Below, piece by piece: positions 10,932 to 19,799 of a stretch of DNA of 64,000 nucleotides (position 1 is the stretch's first letter; each line of letters opens with the position of its first letter). This DNA is from Bdellovibrionaceae bacterium UBA6502 (GTDB taxonomy: Bacteria > Bdellovibrionota > Bdellovibrionia > Bdellovibrionales > UBA840), in contig DJMA01000012.1 in assembly GCA_002436415.1 (NCBI GenBank), positions 26,345-90,344 of the forward strand. The letters are read 5' to 3'. The position numbers and the translations under genes were made by a program. The notes under the pieces were generated by a model. The model was not told where the DNA came from, ran no database searches, and saw only the letters and a list, made by a program, of their open reading frames with translations.

Positions 10932-11527
10932 TTAACACCTTCTTCATATTTTAAACGCAATGGATCTAGTTTTGCTTGTAATGCTTTTGAGTTTGCACAA
11001 CCAAATTGTGGCAGCTTACTTACGTCTTTCCCCTGACGTACAAGCTTCAAAATTTCTAGATCTTTTATTTTTGAAAATTTATTGATGCTTCTTTCATTGT
11101 AGCCACCAAAATATTTTAATTTTTTGCCTGGAGAAAAAATAGCGAAAGCCGGCACTCCGGTAATCCCAAATTTTTCTACCAAAAATTCTCCATGAATTTT
11201 TTGAACCTTATAGCCTTTGTCTTTTAGAGCATTAAAAACTTCTTCACTATCACCCAACATATATACCATTTCGTTGAGGCTTTTATCAGAAGCTCTTGCT
11301 ACCAAATGATTTGCGACAAAATTAGAACACAAACAGCTCTGATCAACAAAATGAACCATCTCCCAAGAGTCTTCTGAAATCTGCGTCTTTAAAAAATCCT
11401 GCTTTAACTGTACTTCTGGCAAAGCAGCAGAGTGCCAAGCGTGGAAATAAATCATAGGAATAGACAATCCCACCAACCAGGCTGATAAACTAAAATGAAC
11501 TAAGTATTTCTTTAAAATCTTCTTCAC
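10928..11527 (-). CDS. Membrane-anchored thioredoxin-fold protein with a CxC motif
   Basis: 199 aa. N-terminal TM helix, VHFVDQSCLCSNF motif and GVPAFAIF (cis-Pro-like region). ATGA overlap with the MCP start. Confidence 0.4.
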   Translation of the reverse strand: MKKILKKYLVHFSLSAWLVGLSIPMIYFHAWHSAALPEVQLKQDFLKTQISEDSWEMVHFVDQSCLCSNFVANHLVARASDKSLNEMVYMLGDSEEVFNALKDKGYKVQKIHGEFLVEKFGITGVPAFAIFSPGKKLKYFGGYNERSINKFSKIKDLEILKLVRQGKDVSKLPQFGCANSKALQAKLDPLRLKYEEGVK

Positions 11528-11754
11528 ACTATCTATTCGGAAAAACTTCCTAAGAGCTTACAATTATTAAAATTTTTAGGAAATTCCGTACCAAATCATT
11601 ACATTCAACTAGACCAAGCTCTACGAAGATATACAAAGTATTAACATTCAAACACTCCAGGTTTTCTAAAGTGTCTTGGGGTGATTTTTTGTCCCCTTTT
11701 TTGAGGAGCGGAAGCTTAATAATTTTTTTCTACTCCTCCAAACTGGCCCCTTTA

Positions 11755-11898
11755 ATTGCGGATGAAGCCACCATAAATCCTTGATATTCCTTTTTGTATT
11801 CCTTGCAAGGAAAACAAAAATTCGGACAAACCGGTTTTAAGGAGTACTTTTCAATAAATATAAAAGCTTATCCGCAATTAAAGGGACCACTTTCTTTA
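11755..11898 (-). mobile_element. MITE-like element, copy A (144 bp, 19-bp terminal inverted repeats)
   Basis: GGCCCCTTTAATTGCGGAT at 11755-11773 against ATCCGCAATTAAAGGGACC at 11880-11898 (1 mismatch). ACT flanks both ends. The reverse complement aligns with 57349-57491. Confidence 0.55.
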
Positions 11899-12257
11899 TT
11901 AAAACTTAGAGTATCAGCAAAAAGATGGGCAAATTCTGATAGCTAGACTTTGAAATCGTTAAAAAAACCAATAAGCACAAAAATATCCCATGATTTTCTA
12001 GCTTTGCTTCCCTCTAGTAAAAAAACAGTCTTTAGTTTCTGAAGGCCTTTTACTTTTTTTAAATTTTTTTTGTCAGCTAACAGACTTTCATTTTGGCTGA
12101 AACGGAATTAACCCAATAAAATCAATACAATAAGTTTAAAGCCCAAAGAGATTTAAAGCCAAAACGGCATCAGCTTGTGCTATTTACAGGAAGTTTTCGA
12201 ATGGAATACCTGAAACGCTGAAAAATTAGGCCTTCGCAGATATTATTTTTTTTATCG

Positions 12258-12286
12258 TTGACCATAAGGGCCACTAACACTATAAC
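12258..12286 (+). promoter_or_regulatory. Sigma-70-like promoter of the tRNA-Lys/tRNA-Glu operon
   Basis: TTGACC, 17-nt spacer, TATAAC, ending 18 nt upstream of the tRNA-Lys 5' end. Confidence 0.5.
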
Positions 12287-12303
12287 CATGCCTACCGAAA
12301 CGT

Positions 12304-12379
12304 GGGTCGTTAGCTCAGTCGGTAGAGCATCTCCCTTTTAAGGAGAGGGTCGCTGGTTCGAGCCCAGCACGACTCACCA
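12304..12379 (+). tRNA. tRNA-Lys (anticodon UUU)
   Basis: 76-nt cloverleaf: acceptor GGGTCGT/ACGACTC, anticodon stem TCTCC/GGAGA, loop CTTTTAA, GGTTCGAGCCC T-arm, encoded CCA. Confidence 0.93.
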
Positions 12380-12387
12380 CTTTTTGC

Positions 12388-12463
12388 GTTCCCATCGTCT
12401 AGAGGCCTAGGATGCCACCCTTTCACGGTGGAGACACGGGTTCGACTCCCGTTGGGAATGCCA
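12388..12463 (+). tRNA. tRNA-Glu (anticodon UUC)
   Basis: 76 nt, closely parallel to bacterial tRNA-Glu (GTCTAGAGGCCTAGGA D-arm). Anticodon loop CTTTCAC, encoded CCA. Confidence 0.93.
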
Positions 12464-12477
12464 CTTTTGACGATACA

Positions 12478-12507
12478 AAGCTTAGCTTCTTGCTAAGCTT
12501 TTTTTTT
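12478..12507 (+). terminator. Rho-independent terminator of the tRNA operon
   Basis: AAGCTTAGC-ttctt-GCTAAGCTT followed by T8. Confidence 0.75.
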
Positions 12508-12729
12508 GCTTAAAGATTTAATTAACATCCAAAATATCTTTAAATTTAATAGTTTTTTGAATTAATCCCATACCAATTAACTAAAGAATTAACCGAAAGC
12601 GTCCTTTCGCTGAACCCAAACCTGAATATTTTTCCTTTTCTTGTTGAGATTTTACAGAGCCTCCAAATTACAAATTGTCTGAGAAAACTTTTGATATACT
12701 GCTCAAAATAAAAATTCTAGGAGTGTAAA

Positions 12730-15700
12730 TTGAAATCTTTTTCTACAAAAAGAACTATCTTGCCGAATCTTTTAATTTTATTCATTAGCTTACTATTATC
12801 CTCTGTAACAATAGCTGCTCCGAGAAACTTCGCAGAGCTCTGCCAGATATCAGCATCTACTGAAACCGCCAAATTTAGCAAATTTGACACTATGGCGACT
12901 AGAGCTCACCTACAAAGCTTAGCCAATCAAAAAAATCCGACCTACGGAAAGGAAATCGGTGTAGAGCTTACGGCGGAGAAGTTAAGCACTGAATCCATTA
13001 GAAAATTCTGGCTAGAAAAAGGTAAAATTAACTGGGCCTGGGGAACCGTAGTAGATCGGCCTCACATTTTCCTTTCTACTTTCATGAATGAAAAAGATGT
13101 TACTGCTGAAATGGTAGCTGGCAGAGATCCTAGATTAAAATATGGTATAGAACAATGGCATGACCACAAACAAGCCCAAGGCCTTTTAAGAGCCACACCA
13201 GTAACCGGAAAACGCCGATGGCAACATAATTTCGAAACCTGGAAGACGAGACATATTGCTGGAGCCAAAAACTCTGATATGCACATACAAAGAACATACA
13301 GATGGGGTAAATGGCTATGGCATTCTGTGGGACTTCATAAACTATTTTTCAGAGGAGGAGGAAACTTTCGTGTTTCATTCCCTCTTTTCTCTCGTTCAAG
13401 ACTTTATGATAATCGAATGACCAAAGAACAGTTGGAAAACCTTGAATCTGCACTAGATGGATTAATCAAAATCGGAATGATTAAAGTACCTGAAGGCCAA
13501 AGAGAATTATGGGACATAAAAAAGAGCCATTGGTCTCGTTTAGGCAGTGGTGCTAGAGAATATAAAGTTATAGAAGATGGCGTAGAGAAAACTTTCTATG
13601 ATATTATCTATAGCTATCCACATGCCAAAATACTTGATGAAGCCTTCAGACAGATCTCTGAGTGGACTAATACTCAAATAGAGAAAACTCTGCGTGGCGA
13701 TACTGATGCTTTAGACCCAATTACAATTGCCGGGGCATTAAAATACGCTGAGGTGTTCTTTCATTTTGGAATCAATGGTAACGGGCGAAGTACTACCTAT
13801 TTAAAAAACCTGGTTTTACACACATTTAACCTTCCCATGGACGTACGCTTTGGACGTGACGATTGGCACGACTTAGACAAAGGCTTAGAAGGCTATATCG
13901 ATAGTGTCAGATTAGGAGTCTTTTATATGGCTCACGCTTCTGCCAACATAGTGAATGACCGTCTCCCAGCACCTGATATGGCAAAAATTGGCCTAGAAAC
14001 CGGTAACCATGATAAAACTGGAACATATTCTAAAGCAGAAAGAAAATTAATTGCTCCAAAATCCATTCCAAAATCCAATGACCAAATATTTAAAATGGGT
14101 ACTGATTTTAGAAAAAACTTTATTTTCAAAGATCATTTTTGGCAAGGCGAACAAGGGGTGTTTTACACTTACCATAATGGCAAAATGTACCCCTTAAGTG
14201 ATTATGTAGTAGGATTGTACGCTCAAGGAGGAAAACTGCTTCAAAAGCAAACCACTGCAAATCTCTACAACTTAAGAGAAAGAACTCCTGCTTTTGAAAA
14301 AGCAAGAAATGAAAACATTGCTCTATTTAAAAGGCTTGTGAAAGAACGTGACTTCGGACATGAAGTTGAGATTGTTCAATACAAAGAAATCGCAGATTTT
14401 AACAAAGATAATAACGGGATCGGGAGTCTTCATCTTTGGGAATTCCAAAAAGATGTTGTGCGTGATGCATTGGCAATGTTTGATAAAGAATCTGAATTTT
14501 ATATTGATCCTTACAGATTCCCTTACGCCACATTGGCTTTAAACCGAGGCGATCACCTATCTCCTAAAAAGAGTGGACCTACAGTTTTTCAAAATATGTT
14601 TTCCTCCGGTAGAACAAATGAAATGCACCCATCCGATGTTCTATCAGCATACACTCGTAGAAAAGCTGAATTAGTAAAATTAAAAATGGACCTTAAACAG
14701 AACCATAGAGACCTTTACGAGGAATTGTTACCTTTACTAGAAAAGGCCGATGAGCATGCTTACATTGCCGCAAGAAGACTTCTTAAAGAAGGAAAATACA
14801 TTCAATTTGTAGAAGAAGCCTACGGAGTAGAACCAGGCCAAGCAAGTCACCCAGAATTGATCAGTAAACCGGAAGCACATAGAGCCCTGCAAAATTCAAA
14901 AGTTGCCGAAGGACTAATGGCTCAAATGAAAAATAGCGAGTGGTACTACGAAAGCTATGCTCAAGCCAAGAAAGAAATTAACGAAAACTATGTTTACGTA
15001 ATTCGAAACATTGGCATTGGAAACTTTAAGTTTCTCGGCCTTGTCACTGAAAAACAACAAGCTGAAATATTATTTTTCTTGAAAGACTTAGCACGTCAGG
15101 TAGATGCAGAGATCAAAAGAGCAAATAAAGAAGATGATGGAAAAGTTCAGATCGAAAACATTCAAGGTTTTATTAGCCGAAAAGTCGCTAGCTTCGCTTC
15201 AGAATTTGATGCCGATGGTATTCAAAAAGAACGAACTGGTAACTGGTGGTTTCGATTAACTCAGGGAGAAAAGAATAAACGTAGAACCTTAAGAGAAGCT
15301 TTAAACAAAGCAGCGAATGGTATCTTCGTAGACTACTATTCAACCCGAGGAATGGACCCTGAATTTGATAGAAGCTTTTTTGACTTTTATTTGCATACTG
15401 TTGGAGAACACCCTCAAATTTATAAGTCCACCTCAGCAAATCCATTTTATGAATATGAGTTGAATGGAAAAGGAGAGTTAAAATTTGCCCCTGGTGGTAT
15501 GTCCATCGCTTACAAATCAAAAATAGGCAAAGAAGGTGTAGATGCCCGAGACTCCCCTTATATTGGACAAGAAGAAATTGCAGAAAAACAGAGATTTGGT
15601 GGATATTGGTATTTCTCTATGAGCCGTTTAAAGTTTATCATTGAAGGAAGAGAACAATTTAGAGCAACCGAAGAAGAGTTGGCTTTGAAAACACATCGCT

Positions 15701-15975
15701 ACCGCTATGAGGAACTTGCTGATCTAGAAAAAAAAGAATTAGATCGTTTGAAGTCATTCATGGAAAAACACCCTGAGTACCAGATGTCTAAAGAGGAAAA
15801 ACAGACCTACTTTACTGAAAGTAGAGAGCTAAAAGCTAAATATAAACAACAAGATAAAGACGGAGAAAAAGCGGAGTTAATGCTTGAACACCTAAGACTT
15901 TACTTAGATCAAGAAATCCAAATTGTTCCTGAAGGCACCCCCATTATTAACTCTAGAGGAGATATCATAAATTAA
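12730..15975 (+). CDS. Large secreted protein with a degenerate Fic/DOC-like motif
   Basis: 1081 aa. AGGAG SD plus TTG start; signal peptide LLILFISLLLSSVTIAAP. HFGINGNGR (13762-13788) resembles the Fic core HxFx(D/E)GNGR. C-terminal coiled-coil region. Confidence 0.45.
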   Translation: MKSFSTKRTILPNLLILFISLLLSSVTIAAPRNFAELCQISASTETAKFSKFDTMATRAHLQSLANQKNPTYGKEIGVELTAEKLSTESIRKFWLEKGKINWAWGTVVDRPHIFLSTFMNEKDVTAEMVAGRDPRLKYGIEQWHDHKQAQGLLRATPVTGKRRWQHNFETWKTRHIAGAKNSDMHIQRTYRWGKWLWHSVGLHKLFFRGGGNFRVSFPLFSRSRLYDNRMTKEQLENLESALDGLIKIGMIKVPEGQRELWDIKKSHWSRLGSGAREYKVIEDGVEKTFYDIIYSYPHAKILDEAFRQISEWTNTQIEKTLRGDTDALDPITIAGALKYAEVFFHFGINGNGRSTTYLKNLVLHTFNLPMDVRFGRDDWHDLDKGLEGYIDSVRLGVFYMAHASANIVNDRLPAPDMAKIGLETGNHDKTGTYSKAERKLIAPKSIPKSNDQIFKMGTDFRKNFIFKDHFWQGEQGVFYTYHNGKMYPLSDYVVGLYAQGGKLLQKQTTANLYNLRERTPAFEKARNENIALFKRLVKERDFGHEVEIVQYKEIADFNKDNNGIGSLHLWEFQKDVVRDALAMFDKESEFYIDPYRFPYATLALNRGDHLSPKKSGPTVFQNMFSSGRTNEMHPSDVLSAYTRRKAELVKLKMDLKQNHRDLYEELLPLLEKADEHAYIAARRLLKEGKYIQFVEEAYGVEPGQASHPELISKPEAHRALQNSKVAEGLMAQMKNSEWYYESYAQAKKEINENYVYVIRNIGIGNFKFLGLVTEKQQAEILFFLKDLARQVDAEIKRANKEDDGKVQIENIQGFISRKVASFASEFDADGIQKERTGNWWFRLTQGEKNKRRTLREALNKAANGIFVDYYSTRGMDPEFDRSFFDFYLHTVGEHPQIYKSTSANPFYEYELNGKGELKFAPGGMSIAYKSKIGKEGVDARDSPYIGQEEIAEKQRFGGYWYFSMSRLKFIIEGREQFRATEEELALKTHRYRYEELADLEKKELDRLKSFMEKHPEYQMSKEEKQTYFTESRELKAKYKQQDKDGEKAELMLEHLRLYLDQEIQIVPEGTPIINSRGDIIN

Positions 15976-16002
15976 TCCCCTCAAAACTAATAACTAAAGC
16001 TC

Positions 16003-16034
16003 AAAAACCTCATTCTTCGGAATGAGGTTTTTTT
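16003..16034 (+). terminator. Rho-independent terminator
   Basis: CCTCATTC-ttcg-GAATGAGG followed by T7. Confidence 0.75.
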
Positions 16035-16113
16035 ATGCAGTAAGATGCACTGCCTATAGAGTTTCAGCTAAAGATTAGGATAGGATTAGATACCGTAAAA
16101 TCTGGGGGGATTT

Positions 16114-17736
16114 ATGACTAAATGGATTGGTTTATGCCTATTGCTTCTAGGCTTCCAAAGTTTAATGGCAGAAAGTTTTTTGATTCGTGAGAGAATCTCT
16201 AAAGACGGAAACATCACTACACTTGCCGTAGAACCTACTAAAAAAGAGGTCCAACAAGAAGTGGTCCTTAAAAACATTCAAGAATTTTTAAGCGAGCATG
16301 AAACTAGCTATGAGTACAATCGAGACTTTTACCGAGAACGCCTTGTACCTGAGAATATGTTAAAGCCAGAGCATTATTATTTCCTGCAAAACTTTGACGT
16401 CAGTTTTTTAGATCTTCCACATCTAGAGGTAAGAACCATCGTTGAACAAGGACCTGTTGATAACAGAATTAACTTACCCATTTTAGCAGAGGGTTACACT
16501 CTTGCTGAAAAAGAAAAGTTTTTTGAAGACTGTAAAAGAATCTCACGAGACCTTTTTGCCAATAAAGCTTTCTCCAGTTATTTAGAACTCTTTAATGTTT
16601 ATGCGATTTTTGTAGCCTCTAATGAATCTGGAGTGACAGACATCCAACGAAAAGACACGGCCTTTGACCTTTACCGCTCCCCTGCTGGATCGAAACGAGG
16701 AATCATACCTGGAAGTTCTTGGGCCATTGATCGCGCCTTCAGACAAGCTCCTGGTGCTGACTACCCAATCATCCTTGTAAACGATGATTATTATGGTGGA
16801 CTAGGTGGAAGGTATGCCATCACAACTCGAAGCCTCAATAGTGGTTCTATGGTTCTGAGACATGAGCTAGGCCATAACTTTGGCAATGTTGGCGAAGAAT
16901 ATGATGGTGGACAAGTTTATTCAGGGGCAAATTTTTCTAGCTCTCGTAATTTAAATTGGCCGCAATGGATTGAGGGACAGACAAAAATTTTTGAATCTAA
17001 ATTTTTATCAGGAGCTTACCTTTGGAAAAATCTTAATGAAGGAGATATTCATGTAGACATTGATTTTCCTGGCCCTAGTTACATTTTTGATGCCAAGATT
17101 AGCTCTGTTGGCTGGGATTCTCCCAATGATGTGAAAGTAGAATTGAACGGCGGCCCATTTCCAATTAAAGGTGTGTGGACAGAGGATCGCTCCTTCTTTA
17201 AACCCGTAAACTACTACGCTCTAAATAAAGGAAAAAACCGCTTTAGTTTTAAAGAGAATATTCATGATGGCAACAATGTATTTGCTTTTGCCATGATTTA
17301 CGCACATCCAAGAGATATCATCACTAGCAAACACCATGTAGGTGGCTACTCAGTCTTTGATAACTACCAAAGAAAAAGGGGTTACCGTCCTACTTTTGAC
17401 ACCTGTTTGATGCGAGATATGCGTTCCAATCAATTTTGCAGTGTAGACCAAGAAAATATGTGGAAACGCTTTTTATCAAAAATTTCTATTTTAGATGAGT
17501 ATAAGGTCACTAAAAAACGCAATGGCCAATATCTAGTACAAGTTAATGCCGCTCTTAATCGTCATGGTAAAATAAGTATGCAAGGAATTGACGAAAATAA
17601 TAAAGTGGTTTTTACCGAAAAGTTTATGAACCAATTCATTGTTCCTGACACAATCAAAGAGGTTCGCTTTAGCTTTACTACCAGTGAAGTTAGAAAATAT
17701 GATTCAAACTTTGTAAAAAGCATTCGGATACAATAA
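16114..17736 (+). CDS. Secreted M64-family (IgA-peptidase-like) zinc metallopeptidase
   Basis: 540 aa with a signal peptide. HELGHNFGNVGEEYDGG zinc motif in an M64-like context. Confidence 0.65.
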   Translation: MTKWIGLCLLLLGFQSLMAESFLIRERISKDGNITTLAVEPTKKEVQQEVVLKNIQEFLSEHETSYEYNRDFYRERLVPENMLKPEHYYFLQNFDVSFLDLPHLEVRTIVEQGPVDNRINLPILAEGYTLAEKEKFFEDCKRISRDLFANKAFSSYLELFNVYAIFVASNESGVTDIQRKDTAFDLYRSPAGSKRGIIPGSSWAIDRAFRQAPGADYPIILVNDDYYGGLGGRYAITTRSLNSGSMVLRHELGHNFGNVGEEYDGGQVYSGANFSSSRNLNWPQWIEGQTKIFESKFLSGAYLWKNLNEGDIHVDIDFPGPSYIFDAKISSVGWDSPNDVKVELNGGPFPIKGVWTEDRSFFKPVNYYALNKGKNRFSFKENIHDGNNVFAFAMIYAHPRDIITSKHHVGGYSVFDNYQRKRGYRPTFDTCLMRDMRSNQFCSVDQENMWKRFLSKISILDEYKVTKKRNGQYLVQVNAALNRHGKISMQGIDENNKVVFTEKFMNQFIVPDTIKEVRFSFTTSEVRKYDSNFVKSIRIQ

Positions 17737-17744
17737 TAAGATTA

Positions 17745-17780
17745 AAAAAAGCCTTTTGGAAAACCCAAAGGGCTTTTATT
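17745..17780. terminator. Bidirectional hairpin terminator
   Basis: GCCTTTTGG-aaaac-CCAAAGGGC flanked by A- and T-runs, between convergent genes. Confidence 0.55.
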
Positions 17781-19033
17781 TAAAGCTTTTGCGGTGGACT
17801 CATGCCCTGATCAAGACTTTTCGCCTCATTGATCACCTCTAAGATACTTTCTTTGTTGATCTTTTTTTCTAGCTCAGGATAAATCAGCATCTTCCCACTA
17901 AAAAAACAAAAACCAGCTGCGCCTACCGCCCTCGAACTGCGAATTTGATTTTGAATCACCTTAGCCGAAGGAAATCTATATAGGCCCAAACCTACAACCA
18001 AACGATCATTGTAAATAGGATTATAAAATTCATTCATTCTTAAATCGTGGTACTTATTGTCTTTTACATAGATCATCATATAAGCTTGGTCCAAATAGTT
18101 TTTCTTCAACCACAGAGGCCAATCTTGATAGACATCTTTTAATGTCTTTTCTTTATGCGCCCACACAGCTGCCGTTAACAAATGATTTGCATTGTTTCTC
18201 TTAACTTCTTCGTAAATCTCTTTCACAAATTGGTTCATAGCCTGTAGCTTCACTACATCTAGAGCCTGCAGATAATGTGGATTCTCTAGTAACTCCTCTT
18301 TACTCAAAGGAATTATTTTTTGAGTTTCTGTGAGATGGAGTTCATCTAAACCAAAAATTCGTTTACCATGCTTTGCATTTGGGTAGCGAATGAAGTCTAA
18401 ATGGATTCCTTGTATCTCATATTTTTTCTGAATTTCTTTTACTAAGGTCAAAAAATAGGACTTCCATTTGGAGTTTAAAGGATTTGCATAAGCACCGTCC
18501 ATCCAATCAGCTTCTAACTCCTCTTGCTGATAATCGAGCATACTTCGGCCTTCTTCATCCACAAGAACCCACTCCGGATTTTTCTTCACCAAATGCTTTT
18601 CAGCCTTTGAAAACTCTTGTAAAAACTTAGGCTTTGATAACATATTCACATTCAGCCAAGCTTGAACTTTGATATTATGAAGCTTTGCTTGCTCGATAAA
18701 ATATTGAAAGGGGTCCGCCAAACTCTCTTCTATGTCATCCGCTATGGGTTCAATCTTAGAGGGATACAAAACATCCGCCAAGCCCCGCACTTGTACGATC
18801 GCTGTATTTAGATTGTATTCAAGCATTTTAGAAATGCTCTTATCAATATCACTCTTAGTTTTCATTTCGAGCCGAACTATCCAAAGTGCACGCACTTCAT
18901 CACTTCTCTTCGTCTTCAACTCTTGCTTTGAATAAAAATCCAAATCACTCTCGTAAGGCGTTTTTTCCTTAGTACTACAAGAAAGCATAAACAAAACTAG
19001 AATTAATAGTAGACGCATAAAATACCTTTTCAC
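17780..19033 (-). CDS. Glycosyl-hydrolase-like 10 (YddW/UPF0748-type) lipoprotein
   Basis: 417 aa. Lipobox FMLSC; RALWIVR and GIHLDFIRYP motifs typical of the GHL10 family. Confidence 0.7.
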   Translation of the reverse strand: MKRYFMRLLLILVLFMLSCSTKEKTPYESDLDFYSKQELKTKRSDEVRALWIVRLEMKTKSDIDKSISKMLEYNLNTAIVQVRGLADVLYPSKIEPIADDIEESLADPFQYFIEQAKLHNIKVQAWLNVNMLSKPKFLQEFSKAEKHLVKKNPEWVLVDEEGRSMLDYQQEELEADWMDGAYANPLNSKWKSYFLTLVKEIQKKYEIQGIHLDFIRYPNAKHGKRIFGLDELHLTETQKIIPLSKEELLENPHYLQALDVVKLQAMNQFVKEIYEEVKRNNANHLLTAAVWAHKEKTLKDVYQDWPLWLKKNYLDQAYMMIYVKDNKYHDLRMNEFYNPIYNDRLVVGLGLYRFPSAKVIQNQIRSSRAVGAAGFCFFSGKMLIYPELEKKINKESILEVINEAKSLDQGMSPPQKL

Positions 19034-19216
19034 TGAAAAGAGTTGATCGTATTAGAAGTTTAAAAGAGGCACAGAAAAGGGTCAATGCTCAAAAAAACAA
19101 CAACGGTATTTGTAGAGAAGATATTTTTTAACGATTTCTTAAGCATACCAAGTCTAGATTTAGCTTTTCCCAAAGAAAGCCAGGACCAAAACAAAAAACT
19201 AAACTATACTTTAAAT

Positions 19217-19798
19217 ATGGCAAATCCTACGAGAAAACTACTACTAGCCATTCCCATCCAGTTTGAAGAACTTGATGGCATGCCTGAAATGATGAAGAAG
19301 CTAAAAATCTTTTCAGACAAACGAAGTTACCCGATCAAATGGGTGCCACCCGAAAACTTCCATTTAAGTTTGCATCTATTAGAAAACCTTGAAGAGAAAG
19401 AACTTAATTTAATTGAAAATAAAGTCGCAAAACTAGCTAAAAAAACGCCAAAATTCCAGATTGAGGTAAAAAATACGGGAGCATTTCCTAGCGTAGAAAA
19501 AGGTAGGGTTCTATGGTTAGGCATTCGAGAATCACGAGACCTTATGAATTTCCAAAGAGAGATTCAAGATCTTTGCGAAGAATTACTTCCAGAGAAAAAG
19601 ATTGAGTTTTCCCACGCTTATCGACCACACATATCATTAGGACGCTTAAGAAGTACAAAGCACTTAGGAAGTTTGTTACAACCTTTTCTAAGAAAACAAT
19701 TTGGTAAAAAAGAAATTTCCGAAATTTGTTTGTTTGAGTCTGTTCTGCAAAATAGAATGCCAGTTTATAAAAAACTGACATCCTTTCCTTTAAAGTAA
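19217..19798 (+). CDS. thpR: RNA 2',3'-cyclic phosphodiesterase (2H phosphoesterase, LigT/ThpR)
   Basis: Two HxS/T motifs (FHLSLHLL and PHISLGRL). The ORF track starts at 19085, but the 2H domain begins at MANPTRK (19217). Confidence 0.75.
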   Translation: MANPTRKLLLAIPIQFEELDGMPEMMKKLKIFSDKRSYPIKWVPPENFHLSLHLLENLEEKELNLIENKVAKLAKKTPKFQIEVKNTGAFPSVEKGRVLWLGIRESRDLMNFQREIQDLCEELLPEKKIEFSHAYRPHISLGRLRSTKHLGSLLQPFLRKQFGKKEISEICLFESVLQNRMPVYKKLTSFPLK

Positions 19799-19799
19799 A

